DNA of 35,133 nucleotides from Nitrososphaerota archaeon (GCA_022573065.1 JACZUQ010000002.1:1-35133), one strand, 5' to 3'; shown: positions 18,529-27,909, counted from the first letter of the stretch. Numbers and translations are program-made. The notes: a model not told the origin generated them from the letters alone.

Positions 18529-19590
18529 TTATTTTTCTAAGATGTATTCATCAGAAACTTCCATTCCAAAATGTCTACCAGTTGCTGCTGTAGAATGTAC
18601 CAGAACAGAATCTCCTTTTTTGAGATGTGTAACAGATACTAAGTGGCCATTTGGTTTTATAAAACGAATAGTTTCTGCATCTTGTGCAATTATTCCGCCT
18701 ACCTCATCACCTGCTTGTGCCTTGATCATTAGCATTGGTCTCCTTTCAATTTTTGAGCGACCTACAGTAACTCTTCGCGCCTTTCCTTTTGAATCAAGCA
18801 CCAAAACTTCAGAACCTGTTTCAATCTCTGAAAGATAGTTTGTTGTACCATCTGGAGCAATTGTATAACAATGAACTGCACCTGCATTTACTCTAAATGG
18901 TCTAGGAGATGTAAATGAGGATCCAACAGATTCATTATGAACTAGAAACATAAAGTTTGATCTATTTCCTATCAACATTCCTTCTCCTTTATGCAACATT
19001 GATGCAGTATCTACACAAACCCTCTCTCCATCACCTACTTCTTTAATTTCAATAATTTTTGCAGGTTGTAACTCAAAGCTTTTACTTCCAAGATAAACTA
19101 GGACTTCTCTTACTTGATTAATAGAACCTGTGTTGAATATTACTCCATCAACTCCTACCTCAAGAATCGAAAACATCTTACGTACTTCTTCCGGATTTCT
19201 TGCAAGTGCAAATATCTTGGTATGAATTTTATGTAATTTAGCTATAATATTCTCTAGTGGAATTATCTTCCAATCTTTTACTTCAATAATGACAAAATCT
19301 AACCCTTTTTTTGCTGAAACTAAGATTTTATCAATATCTTTATTTGATAAAACTTTGAATTTTTTGCCAACCTTCTTTCCTTTTGGTTTAGCAGATGATT
19401 CTTTATCTAAAATTACGTATTTTGCTTTAGCTGATGGATAAATGGTTGAAAGCTTTGTTTTGATTTTAGAAATTTTTTTTGGATCAACATAGACTATGTG
19501 TAATCCCTCATTTTCAAGATGTTGTAAAAATTTGCCAAGTTGAGGCATAGATACCTTTGGTGAAATTATGAGTTCTCTATTTTTTATCAA
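18529..19590 (-). CDS. aroB': 3-dehydroquinate synthase II (archaeal AroB')
   Basis: DWKIIPLEN.IA, RVCVDT, RPFRVNAGAVH, LSE, GR.KIERRP, QDAETIR and RHFG motifs. Confidence 0.95.
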   Translation of the reverse strand: MIKNRELIISPKVSMPQLGKFLQHLENEGLHIVYVDPKKISKIKTKLSTIYPSAKAKYVILDKESSAKPKGKKVGKKFKVLSNKDIDKILVSAKKGLDFVIIEVKDWKIIPLENIIAKLHKIHTKIFALARNPEEVRKMFSILEVGVDGVIFNTGSINQVREVLVYLGSKSFELQPAKIIEIKEVGDGERVCVDTASMLHKGEGMLIGNRSNFMFLVHNESVGSSFTSPRPFRVNAGAVHCYTIAPDGTTNYLSEIETGSEVLVLDSKGKARRVTVGRSKIERRPMLMIKAQAGDEVGGIIAQDAETIRFIKPNGHLVSVTHLKKGDSVLVHSTAATGRHFGMEVSDEYILEK

Positions 19591-20365
19591 TTTTTTTTAA
19601 AGCTTCCTGTGCTGTTTCCTTATTGAAGATAATAGATGCTAGTGCTCTAACCATTTGTTCAGGGGATTTATGTCCAAAGATATTTCTTCCATATGTTACA
19701 CCTTTTGCTCCCGCCTTCATAGCATCTTCAGTCATCTGAAGTACATCCAAATCAGTTTTAGCTTTTGGTCCTCCTGCAATCACAATTGGAACTGGTGTGC
19801 CTTTAACTACTTTTGAAAATGAATCAACATCTCCTGTGTATACTGTCTTTACAATATCTGCTCCACAATCTGCTCCTATTCGTGCTACATGTGCAACAAT
19901 TTCAGGATCATGTGGGTCTTTGATCTTTTCTCCTCTTGGATACATCATTGCTAAAAGTGGCATATTCCATTTGTGACATTGTTCAGAGGTTTTTCCCAAC
20001 TGTTCTAACATTTCTGGTTCTTCCTTGCCGCCAATGTTTATGTGAAGAGATACTCCATCTGCCCCTAATCTAATTGCTTCTTCAACAGAACCTATTAGCA
20101 TCTTTCTGTTAGGAAATGACGAAAGCGATGTGCTTCCAGAAAAATGTACTAAAATTCCAATCCTCGTTGGTTTTGGAAGTGTTTTTAAAATTCCTTTATT
20201 AATAATTACACTCGTTAATCCGTGATGTTCACATTTGTATATGACCGAATGTGGATCCTCAAGACCTTCTATAGGGCCATCTGATATTCCATGATCCATT
20301 GGAATGCAAAGCATTTTTCCCTTGCGAAGAATTCGGTTTAATCTAATTTCATGTCCAGAAACCAT
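19577..20365 (-). CDS. aroA': 2-amino-3,7-dideoxy-D-threo-hept-6-ulosonate synthase (archaeal AroA', class I aldolase)
   Basis: [28 protein letters not shown] and GRNIF motifs; immediately upstream of aroB'. Confidence 0.92.
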   Translation of the reverse strand: MVSGHEIRLNRILRKGKMLCIPMDHGISDGPIEGLEDPHSVIYKCEHHGLTSVIINKGILKTLPKPTRIGILVHFSGSTSLSSFPNRKMLIGSVEEAIRLGADGVSLHINIGGKEEPEMLEQLGKTSEQCHKWNMPLLAMMYPRGEKIKDPHDPEIVAHVARIGADCGADIVKTVYTGDVDSFSKVVKGTPVPIVIAGGPKAKTDLDVLQMTEDAMKAGAKGVTYGRNIFGHKSPEQMVRALASIIFNKETAQEALKKIDKK

Positions 20366-20501
20366 GAAGAATATCTTTTTGTACCTTACTTAAAAATAAC
20401 GTGACTCTTGATTAAAACAAAATCAAATCAACTGATCTCATTTAGAATTTTCATGCACTCAAGGATTAAATATCAATTTACAAGCACAAAAATCAAGTCA
20501 A

Positions 20502-21620
20502 TTGAGCCAAATTATTGAACAGATTCATTCAAGCGAAATAAGTGACATTCTTGAAAATGCTCTTGATGGAAAAAGGCCTGAGTATGATGATTGTTTAAGA
20601 TTGCTTGAATCAAACGAAATTCATCTTATGGGTCTTACAGCAGGCCATCTTACCAGAAAGCGTTTTGGGAAAAAGGCCTCATTTGTAAATAACATTATTC
20701 TAAATTACACTAATGTTTGTATAACCGACTGTAAGTTTTGTGCATTTTATAGACCACCAGGTGATGATGAATCATATACTTTGTCTCTTGAAAACATAGA
20801 AGCCAGAGTAAAAACTGCATGGGAATTATACAAAATTAGACAGGTACTCATTCAGGGTGGACACAACCCAGATCTTGGTGTAGAGTATTATGAAGAAGCG
20901 TTTAGAATGATTAGATCAAAATACCCAAAAATTGGAGTACATGGACTTTCTACTTCTGAAATAGATATGATAGCTCGTGTTGAAAAATCATCTACAAAAG
21001 AAATTTTATCTAGACTAAAAGATTCAGGCTTACAATCAATTCCAGGTGCAGGAGCAGAAATTTTAGTTGATTCTGTTAAAGACATCATTAGTCCTAAAAA
21101 AATTACAAGTGATGAATGGATCCGAATAATGCGTGAGGCTCATGAGCTTGGATTGCCAGCTTCTGCCACAATGATGTATGGTTCTGTCGAATCAACAAGT
21201 GACATTGCCGAACATTTTGAAAAAATTGTTCAACTCCAAGAAAAAACGCATGGATTTATGGCCTTTATTCCATGGAGTTTTGAGCCAAATAATACTCTTT
21301 TACAAAAAGAAAACACTGTTCGTTATGGTGCAGGCGGTACACAGCTATTGAAAATGATTGCAATATCTCGACTTGTTTTAGATGGATTTATTCCTCACAT
21401 ACAATCTTCTTGGCTAACTAATGGAGTTGGTATGGCTCAGATTGCATTACAATATGGTGCAGATGATTTTGGTGGAACTTTAATTGGAGAAGAAGTTGTA
21501 TCTTGCACAGGTTCAAGATCCACTGAATTAACTGATAAAAAAATTATTGATGCTATTCAACAAATCGGCTATCAGGTAGAAGAACGAGATAATTTTTACA
21601 ATACAGTTTGCATGCATTAA
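20502..21620 (+). CDS. mqnC: Radical SAM cyclic dehypoxanthine futalosine synthase (MqnC; CofH/MqnC family)
   Basis: NYTNVCITDCKFCAF, QGG.NP, PGAGAEIL, ATMMYG, HIQSSW and GADD.GGT motifs. Confidence 0.82.
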   Translation: MSQIIEQIHSSEISDILENALDGKRPEYDDCLRLLESNEIHLMGLTAGHLTRKRFGKKASFVNNIILNYTNVCITDCKFCAFYRPPGDDESYTLSLENIEARVKTAWELYKIRQVLIQGGHNPDLGVEYYEEAFRMIRSKYPKIGVHGLSTSEIDMIARVEKSSTKEILSRLKDSGLQSIPGAGAEILVDSVKDIISPKKITSDEWIRIMREAHELGLPASATMMYGSVESTSDIAEHFEKIVQLQEKTHGFMAFIPWSFEPNNTLLQKENTVRYGAGGTQLLKMIAISRLVLDGFIPHIQSSWLTNGVGMAQIALQYGADDFGGTLIGEEVVSCTGSRSTELTDKKIIDAIQQIGYQVEERDNFYNTVCMH

Positions 21621-23059
21621 AGTCCATATTTGGACCACTTTGAATCTACAAGCTCTTTTGTAGCGTCATCTGTTTTTACTAGCTCTTGAATTTCTCGCTC
21701 GTAACCTTCCTCTTTGGTTTTTTGTGTTGCATCAATTCCAAGTTTTGAGCCTAAATTCACTCGAGAAGATGCAGGATCCAAAGTATCTGTTGGTGTATTA
21801 TCAATAATTATTGTGTCTCTTGCCGCATCAGCTCTTGTAGTAACTGCCCAAATTACATCGTTCATATCATGAACGTTCACATCAGCATCTACTACAACGA
21901 AGATTTTTGTTAAGGCAAGCTGTCCTAATCCCCATAGTCCCATCATGACCTTTTTTGCTTGTCCTGGATACATTTTTTTTATTGATATGATAGCAATTCC
22001 TTGAAACCATCCAGCAGCAGGCATTGCAAAATCAACTACCTCTGGTTGAAACATTCGGATTAATGGCAAAAACGAACGCTCAATAACTTTCCCAATAAAT
22101 GAATCCTCAAGTATTGGTTTACCAACTATCGTAGTAAGGTAGATTGGTTTTTTTCGTTGCATAATTCCAGTCAGCGTAAATGTAGGATAAGGTTCCTTTG
22201 GAGTATAGTATCCAGTATGATCACCAAACGGTCCTTCATCTCTTATGTCCGTGGGATCAACGTATCCTTCAAGAACCATTTCTGCATTTGCTGGTACCTC
22301 AAGGTCAATTGTCTTGCATTTTACAATTTTGATTCCTTTCTTTCTTGAAATTCCTGCAAAGAGATATTTGTCAAGTCCTTCAGGAACAGGGGCAACAGCT
22401 GAAAAAACTGTGGCAGGATCTCCTCCAATAATTATTGCCACTTCAATTTTTTTACCTTTTTCTTTTGCAATATCATGATGATGTGCACCACGCTTGTGTT
22501 TTTGCCAATGCATTAATGCATGAGTCGCATCTAAAATTTGCATCCTGTATACGCCTAAGTTCCTAACTCCTGTTTCAGGATGTTTAGTTGCAACAAGACC
22601 AAATGTGATAAATTTTCCTGCGTCTTTTGGCCAAGTTTTTAGAATTGGAATTTTATCAAATGATGGAGAATCATTTATCACTTCAGTTACTGGTCCACTG
22701 TTTTCAAGTTTAGGAAATATCTCACCCATCTTTGAAAGTTCTGGAAGTTTTTTTATTTTATTTAAAAAACCAGACGGTATTTCCATCTTTGTCATATCTA
22801 CAATTCGTTGACCTATCTCTGTAAAATCAGATGTCTGTAGACCAATCTCGAGTCTTTTTATTGAACCAAAAGCGTTACCTAAAACTGGCATATCGTAACC
22901 TTTTACATCTTCAAACAAAACTGCAGGTCCATTTGCATACATTATTCTTTTCAAAATTTCTGCAATCTCTAAGTTTACATCTACTTGAGTCTTAACTCGT
23001 TTGAGCTCGCCTGCATTTTCTAGTTCTTTAATAAATTGACCAATGTCCTCGATGGGCAC
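21617..23059 (-). CDS. ubiD: UbiD-family decarboxylase (menaquinone biosynthesis)
   Basis: RN.G.YRMQ, EGPFGDHTGYY, K.YPGQAKK, D.LD and GSKLGIDAT motifs. Confidence 0.93.
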   Translation of the reverse strand: MPIEDIGQFIKELENAGELKRVKTQVDVNLEIAEILKRIMYANGPAVLFEDVKGYDMPVLGNAFGSIKRLEIGLQTSDFTEIGQRIVDMTKMEIPSGFLNKIKKLPELSKMGEIFPKLENSGPVTEVINDSPSFDKIPILKTWPKDAGKFITFGLVATKHPETGVRNLGVYRMQILDATHALMHWQKHKRGAHHHDIAKEKGKKIEVAIIIGGDPATVFSAVAPVPEGLDKYLFAGISRKKGIKIVKCKTIDLEVPANAEMVLEGYVDPTDIRDEGPFGDHTGYYTPKEPYPTFTLTGIMQRKKPIYLTTIVGKPILEDSFIGKVIERSFLPLIRMFQPEVVDFAMPAAGWFQGIAIISIKKMYPGQAKKVMMGLWGLGQLALTKIFVVVDADVNVHDMNDVIWAVTTRADAARDTIIIDNTPTDTLDPASSRVNLGSKLGIDATQKTKEEGYEREIQELVKTDDATKELVDSKWSKYGL

Positions 23060-23173
23060 CCATCTATTCTGATTTGATGATAGTATAAAGCTTAACTAGA
23101 TTTGTCATATAACGCATTTTTTTGGAAAATTATTAACAAATGGATTTTAATTCAAAGTAACAGGTTTTTGATT

Positions 23174-23404
23174 GTGGTCGAAGATAAATGTCCTATCTGT
23201 AAGGGAAATGGAACAATTAAGCTACTTGGCTCTGAATGCCCATTTTGTAATGGAACTGGAGACTTTACAAAAACTGCTGAAAGTTATCTAGTTTCACATA
23301 TTTGCCAGTGCATCTTTTTGGATAGAAAAAAATGTCCATTATGTGGAAAGAACTGCCATCATGATACTCCAAACAAACCTAAAATTTTGATTGGACCAAC
23401 TTAG
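23174..23404 (+). CDS. Small zinc-finger protein with DnaJ-type CxxCxGxG repeats
   Basis: CPICKGNG, CPFCNGTG, HICQC and CPLCGKNCHH. GTG at 23174 is the likely start (ORF open from 23102). Confidence 0.75.
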   Translation: MVEDKCPICKGNGTIKLLGSECPFCNGTGDFTKTAESYLVSHICQCIFLDRKKCPLCGKNCHHDTPNKPKILIGPT

Positions 23405-23423
23405 AGAACTTATTTTTTAAAAT

Positions 23424-23801
23424 TTAATCTACTGGAGGCAGCTCGTTTTTTCTTTCATGACCACCTGAACCAAACTTGCAGTAAAAACACATGTCAGATT
23501 GCATATGAGTTAATTGATGAATTTGTATAGCTCCAAGCTTTAATGCGATCTTAGTTAGTAATTTGTATTTTAATGGCATGGCAGGAATAACTTCATCAAG
23601 ATATACCTTGTAATGTTCTGGACAAAATTTCAGAGTTACTTTGCTTGGTTCATTTCCCTTTTGGTTTACTTGTTTTGTAAAATTGATTTGCTCTCTAATG
23701 TATTCATGTTTTGGACATGGACATTTTCGTCCTCCAGGATGTTTGTAGGCAGGAGTATTTTTCCAATCAAATCCTGGATACTCTTTTTCAAAATCGTCCA
23801 A
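23424..23801 (-). CDS. Hypothetical Cys/His-containing (Zn-binding?) protein
   Basis: 125 aa with CPCPKH, CPEH and CFYC; TTG start with an upstream TATA-like element. Confidence 0.75.
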   Translation of the reverse strand: MDDFEKEYPGFDWKNTPAYKHPGGRKCPCPKHEYIREQINFTKQVNQKGNEPSKVTLKFCPEHYKVYLDEVIPAMPLKYKLLTKIALKLGAIQIHQLTHMQSDMCFYCKFGSGGHERKNELPPVD

Positions 23802-23937
23802 TACTTAGACCTGTCCTTCAATATTTATAAAACTTGGTCTGATTAGGAAAAAAATTGGATGATTAATGAAATTCAGTTAATCTGACGTTTGAATCTAAAC
23901 AAAATGTAAATAAAGCACACCTTATGTATTCACAACA

Positions 23938-24819
23938 TTGGCTACTAAGCGTAAATCTACTAAAACTAAAACTAAAACTAAAACTAAAACTAAAACTAAA
24001 AAAGATCTTGAATCTAAAATTGCACAATTAGAGGCTAAGCTATCTAAACTTTCAACCCAAGTAGATCAAAAGCCTTCGGGACAAGCACAGTCAGCACCAC
24101 CTCCACCACCAAAACCAGCTGAAACAGCAAAACCAGCTGAAACAGCAAAACCAGCTGAAACAGCAAAACCAGCTGAAACAGCAAAACCAGCTGAAACAGC
24201 AAAACCAGCTGAAACAGCAAAACCAGCTGAAGCACCAAAGCCATCTGCACAAACTGAAGCCGCGCCACCAGTAACCCTTGATACAATCATCGAAAAGGTT
24301 CCAACGGGAAACTGGAATTTACAAAAAGCAATAACAACTGGCTATTCTCCTGAAAATGCACGAGCTTGGGCAAGACGACATCCAGATGTAGGTGGAGAAG
24401 TACCAACAACTAGTTGGACACTTCAAAAATCAAAGATTACAGGTTACACTGCACCATCAAATAGGTACTTTGCAACAAAACAAAGACTAGCATATCATCC
24501 ACCTGAAACAAGCTTTACAGGCTATGGAGTTAATCTTGGACATGGAGCAGCTCAAACACAAGCTCAAGCCCCTCCACCACCCCCACCAAAGGAAGATAGT
24601 GCCCTTCCAAAGGAAACTGGTTCATCAGGAGGCGGTAGTTCCAAAAAACAATCACTTGAAGACTATGAGAAAGATTACTTGGCAAGATTAGATCAACAAC
24701 AAGTCGAAGCTCGAGAGTTGCAAGCAGCTGCTGAAGAATTGGCATCAAAAAAACGCACAGACTCAGGTTCATCTAGCTCTGGTGGTTCAACTCATGGTTC
24801 ACTACCAAAAGGATTCTAA
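23938..24819 (+). CDS. Low-complexity repeat protein (basic N-terminus, coiled coils, Pro/Ala-rich repeats)
   Basis: 293-aa ORF with (TK)7, (KPAETA)6, poly-Pro runs and a duplicated VPT.W.LQK...TGY motif; followed by a T-rich tract. Confidence 0.8.
   Translation: MATKRKSTKTKTKTKTKTKTKKDLESKIAQLEAKLSKLSTQVDQKPSGQAQSAPPPPPKPAETAKPAETAKPAETAKPAETAKPAETAKPAETAKPAEAPKPSAQTEAAPPVTLDTIIEKVPTGNWNLQKAITTGYSPENARAWARRHPDVGGEVPTTSWTLQKSKITGYTAPSNRYFATKQRLAYHPPETSFTGYGVNLGHGAAQTQAQAPPPPPPKEDSALPKETGSSGGGSSKKQSLEDYEKDYLARLDQQQVEARELQAAAEELASKKRTDSGSSSSGGSTHGSLPKGF
23959..24000 (+). repeat. Perfect hexanucleotide microsatellite (ACTAAA)7
   Basis: Counted directly; encodes (TK)7 in frame. Confidence 0.95.
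24112..24231 (+). repeat. Perfect 18-bp tandem repeat (AAACCAGCTGAAACAGCA), 6 copies + 12 bp
   Basis: Counted directly; encodes KPAETA x6 + KPAE. Confidence 0.95.
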
Positions 24820-24856
24820 CCCTAAAACCTTCTTTTCTTTTAATTATTTTTTAAAG

Positions 24857-25315
24857 TTAATTTGTAAAAACTTCTAGAACTTCGTCTGCATGACCTGCAG
24901 CCTTTACCTTAGGATATGCTTTGAAAATTTTTCCTTTCTCATTTACCAAAAAAGTACTTCGAAATACTCCCATGTACTCTCTTCCCATAAACTTCTTTTT
25001 CCCCCATACTCCAAATTTTTTTGCGACCTCTGTTTTTGTATCTGAAAGTAAAACAAAAGGAATCTTCATTTTTTCACAAAAATTTTTGTGAGAGTCTACA
25101 TCGTCTTTGCTTATTCCAACAATGTCAATTCCGGCTTTTTTGAATTTGTTATAATTTTTTGAAAACTCATCGGCCTCAATAGTGCAACCAGGGGTGAAAT
25201 CTTTTGGATAAAAGTAGATTACATGTTTTTTGCCCTTAAAATCAGCTGATTTTACTTTATTTCCATTTGAATCTAGTAGTTCAAATTTTGGAACCATGTC
25301 TCCTTCTTTTACCAT
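24857..25315 (-). CDS. bcp: Peroxiredoxin Bcp/PrxQ (1-Cys-like or atypical)
   Basis: YFYPKDFTPGCT.EA, GIS.D...SH..F and RSTFLV motifs. Confidence 0.95.
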   Translation of the reverse strand: MVKEGDMVPKFELLDSNGNKVKSADFKGKKHVIYFYPKDFTPGCTIEADEFSKNYNKFKKAGIDIVGISKDDVDSHKNFCEKMKIPFVLLSDTKTEVAKKFGVWGKKKFMGREYMGVFRSTFLVNEKGKIFKAYPKVKAAGHADEVLEVFTN

Positions 25316-25401
25316 GCTTTCAAATAGAGAATTTCCCTAATTAATTATTTTTTATTACTCTAACCGCATCAAATTTTAACTGAAAGATAGAAGGTGAAGT
25401 A

Positions 25402-26502
25402 TTGGTACAAAGCAATTATGAAATATTAGGAATTCGGAACGAAGCAACAAAAAGCGAAATTAGAGATTCCTTTCGAAAGTTAGTGCTTGAACATCACTCT
25501 GACAGGGGTGGGAATGATGAACTATTTAAAAAAATTAAACAAGCATTTGATGATCTTAAGCTTGGAAAAAAATTTCCAGATTCTCCTGAAGAAAAGACAA
25601 AAAAATCTAGATTTTATTCTGGCGATTCTGAAGAAGAAAAAAGAAAACGAAATCTTATCTTATCGCGTGATGTTGCAAAAGAAGTTGTCCGTGCTCAAGA
25701 ATGGGTTGCTGCCTTGAATAGAATTGATGCAACTGGAGTTCGGCTTTTTGGGTCAAAAAAGCTAGGTCAGCTAGAGTTTGAACGAAAAGCCACTAAGGCA
25801 TTGTCAATTAAGGGCAAGTATTGGGCAGGAAATCTAAGCTATGATCACTCGATAATTATGTGGGGCAGTATGACCAGCCCATACTTTTCTGAAAATACTG
25901 AAGAAAAAACTGTAATTCATGTTAAAGATGGAAAATTTTCTTTAATTGATCCACTTGAAAACGGATACTTGATAGAACATGGCGCAAAAATTCTTGTAGA
26001 TAATGGAGATATTATAGTTGGTGATGTTTATGGAAAAAAAGAGATTCTTCCAGATCCATCTGGTAAAGTTGGCTTGTTTTTCACAAAGGAACATTTTACT
26101 GAGCTAATTGCCCCTAATGGGAAAATCGTTGGAGGTTTTATTAGAAATACAGTAAAACTTGAAGCTGATACAATTATGGTAATTAATCTTGAAGACAATG
26201 TCAAAATAAAAGGGCGTGACATTTCAATTTTAGGAAACAAAGTTACCCATGATGTTGAAATTAAATTAATGAAAGGCGGTAAAATAAAATTCCATGATAA
26301 AGGATCTGGTTTTGATATTAGCGATGATGCCATACTGCAATTAGAAAACGGAAAAGAGTTTTGTTTACAAGATCTTAAAAAATCTGAAATGATTGGGTAC
26401 GGAGGAGAAGACATAACCTATGACTATCTTGATACTGTTGGAGCAAAAAAACGCAATGGATCAGAAAAAAGTTGGAGATCCAAATTTGGATTTGGGAATT
26501 AA
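25402..26502 (+). CDS. J-domain protein with HSD in place of HPD and a beta-rich C-terminal region
   Basis: YEILG...A...EIR..FRKLVLEHHSDRGG....FKKIKQAF..L. Confidence 0.85.
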   Translation: MVQSNYEILGIRNEATKSEIRDSFRKLVLEHHSDRGGNDELFKKIKQAFDDLKLGKKFPDSPEEKTKKSRFYSGDSEEEKRKRNLILSRDVAKEVVRAQEWVAALNRIDATGVRLFGSKKLGQLEFERKATKALSIKGKYWAGNLSYDHSIIMWGSMTSPYFSENTEEKTVIHVKDGKFSLIDPLENGYLIEHGAKILVDNGDIIVGDVYGKKEILPDPSGKVGLFFTKEHFTELIAPNGKIVGGFIRNTVKLEADTIMVINLEDNVKIKGRDISILGNKVTHDVEIKLMKGGKIKFHDKGSGFDISDDAILQLENGKEFCLQDLKKSEMIGYGGEDITYDYLDTVGAKKRNGSEKSWRSKFGFGN

Positions 26503-26519
26503 CATAAACCATTCGAATC

Positions 26520-26527
26520 TTTTATAT
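26520..26527 (+). promoter_or_regulatory. Putative TATA box of the aquaporin gene
   Basis: TTTTATAT ending about 24 nt upstream of ATG 26552, typical spacing for a leaderless archaeal transcript. Confidence 0.5.
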
Positions 26528-26551
26528 GACATTTGAAGTGTTTTTTGACTG

Positions 26552-27253
26552 ATGGTTAATCCAAGAAATTGGTTTGCAGAAGGTATTGCAACTTATTGTC
26601 TTGTTTTCTTCGGACCACTTTCAGTAATGTTATCTGTAGTTGCCTTTGGTGATGGTCTTTCCACCGAAGCAATCTTGATGATTTCATTTGCACACGGTTC
26701 TGCCATTGGTTTAATGGTTTACGCATTCGGTCATGTATCTGGTGCCCACATCAACCCTGCAGTTACAATTCCTATGATAATAACTAGAAAAATTGGAATT
26801 GCAGATGGCATAGGATACATAGTTCTTCAATTAGTTGGAGCAGTTGCAGCTGCCTTTACACTCAAAGCAGTTTTACCGGAACTTGGTGCAGCAGTTAACT
26901 TTGGAACCCAAGCACCTGGTGAATTAATTAATTCAAGTGCAACATCTGCAGTAGGATTAGAAGCTATTTTCACATTCTTCTTAGTTACAGTCATTTTCAT
27001 GACTGCTGTACACAAAAAAGCAGCGGCTGGAATTCAGGGAATCTCAATTGGAGGAATGGTCTTTTTGTTACACATAGTAGGCGTTCCTTTAACTGGAGCG
27101 TCAATGAATCCTGCAAGAACTTTTGGCCCTGCATTAGCATCAGGTTTTTGGGAGTTCCATTGGGTGTATTGGGTGGGACCAATAATTGGTGGAATAATTG
27201 CAGGCCTAATCATGAACTATGTCTTTGTAAAAAAGGCAGAAACTGAAGCATAA
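26552..27253 (+). CDS. MIP family channel (aquaporin)
   Basis: SGAHINPAVT and GASMNPARTFGP, WVYWVGP, six TM segments. Confidence 0.97.
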   Translation: MVNPRNWFAEGIATYCLVFFGPLSVMLSVVAFGDGLSTEAILMISFAHGSAIGLMVYAFGHVSGAHINPAVTIPMIITRKIGIADGIGYIVLQLVGAVAAAFTLKAVLPELGAAVNFGTQAPGELINSSATSAVGLEAIFTFFLVTVIFMTAVHKKAAAGIQGISIGGMVFLLHIVGVPLTGASMNPARTFGPALASGFWEFHWVYWVGPIIGGIIAGLIMNYVFVKKAETEA

Positions 27254-27329
27254 TTTTTTATATTTTCCATTTTTTATGAATTAATTTTAGGATACATTTA
27301 TGTTTCAAAACCACGTATCATTATTTGAC

Positions 27330-27716
27330 ATGTCACAAGAAATGAATGATGAAGGTAAACTTGTAAGTATGATGATGGAGGCCAATCCATACGTAAGATA
27401 TGCAGCAATCTGTGACCCTAACGGAGTAATTCTATGGAATAGTTACCGAAACAATAGCAACAACGTTCTTTCACTTGAAGAAACAAAGGCATCTCTAAAA
27501 AGAGCAATAAGCACATGGAAACAACGTGATGAGCTTTCTGCAAAGATTGGAAAAGGAAAATTTGCAATTGTTGGATACGAAAAAATCAAGAGAATAACCG
27601 TTCCACTCAAAAATAATCATATGCTTTTTTTGAGTGTTGAAGGAGACAAACCTGAATACATTAAGGATGTACTAAACATTGTCAAATGGGTAGAAGAGCA
27701 TCCTTCACAAACCTAA
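27330..27716 (+). CDS. Roadblock/profilin-like protein (DUF6659-like)
   Basis: VRYAAICD.NG and IGK.KFAIV.YEKIKRIT.PL pattern. Start is 27300 or 27330. Confidence 0.7.
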   Translation: MSQEMNDEGKLVSMMMEANPYVRYAAICDPNGVILWNSYRNNSNNVLSLEETKASLKRAISTWKQRDELSAKIGKGKFAIVGYEKIKRITVPLKNNHMLFLSVEGDKPEYIKDVLNIVKWVEEHPSQT

Positions 27717-27834
27717 TCTACATTAATCAAAAGACTAAGAAGCAAATTTTGTTAGAAACTACTAAACATGAAAAACTTCAATTGAGAGATCGTTATACGG
27801 AAACCACATTAAAGGCAAATTTTTCTAAATCATA

Positions 27835-27909
27835 GGGCTCGTTGCATAGCATGGATAGTGCGAACGCTTGCGGAGCGTTAGGTCGGGGGTTCGAATCCCT
27901 TCGGGCCCG
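27835..27909 (+). tRNA. tRNA-Arg(GCG), intronless, CCA not encoded
   Basis: Acceptor stem GGGCTCG/CGGGCCC; anticodon arm AACGC-TT GCG GA-GCGTT (GCG at 27870-27872); T arm GGGGG-TTCGAAT-CCCTT. Confidence 0.97.

Noticed and set aside
20502..21620. CofH (F420 FO synthase subunit) assignment
   Set aside because: HIQSSW and QGG.NP motifs and adjacency to ubiD and chorismate genes favour MqnC; not fully excluded without a phylogeny.
24112..24231. CRISPR array
   Set aside because: The repeats are contiguous 18-mers with no spacers, lie in frame within a CDS, and there are no cas genes.
24044..24290. Minus-strand repeat ORFs (LLFQLV)n and (AGFAVS)n
   Set aside because: Antisense shadows of the KPAETA repeat.
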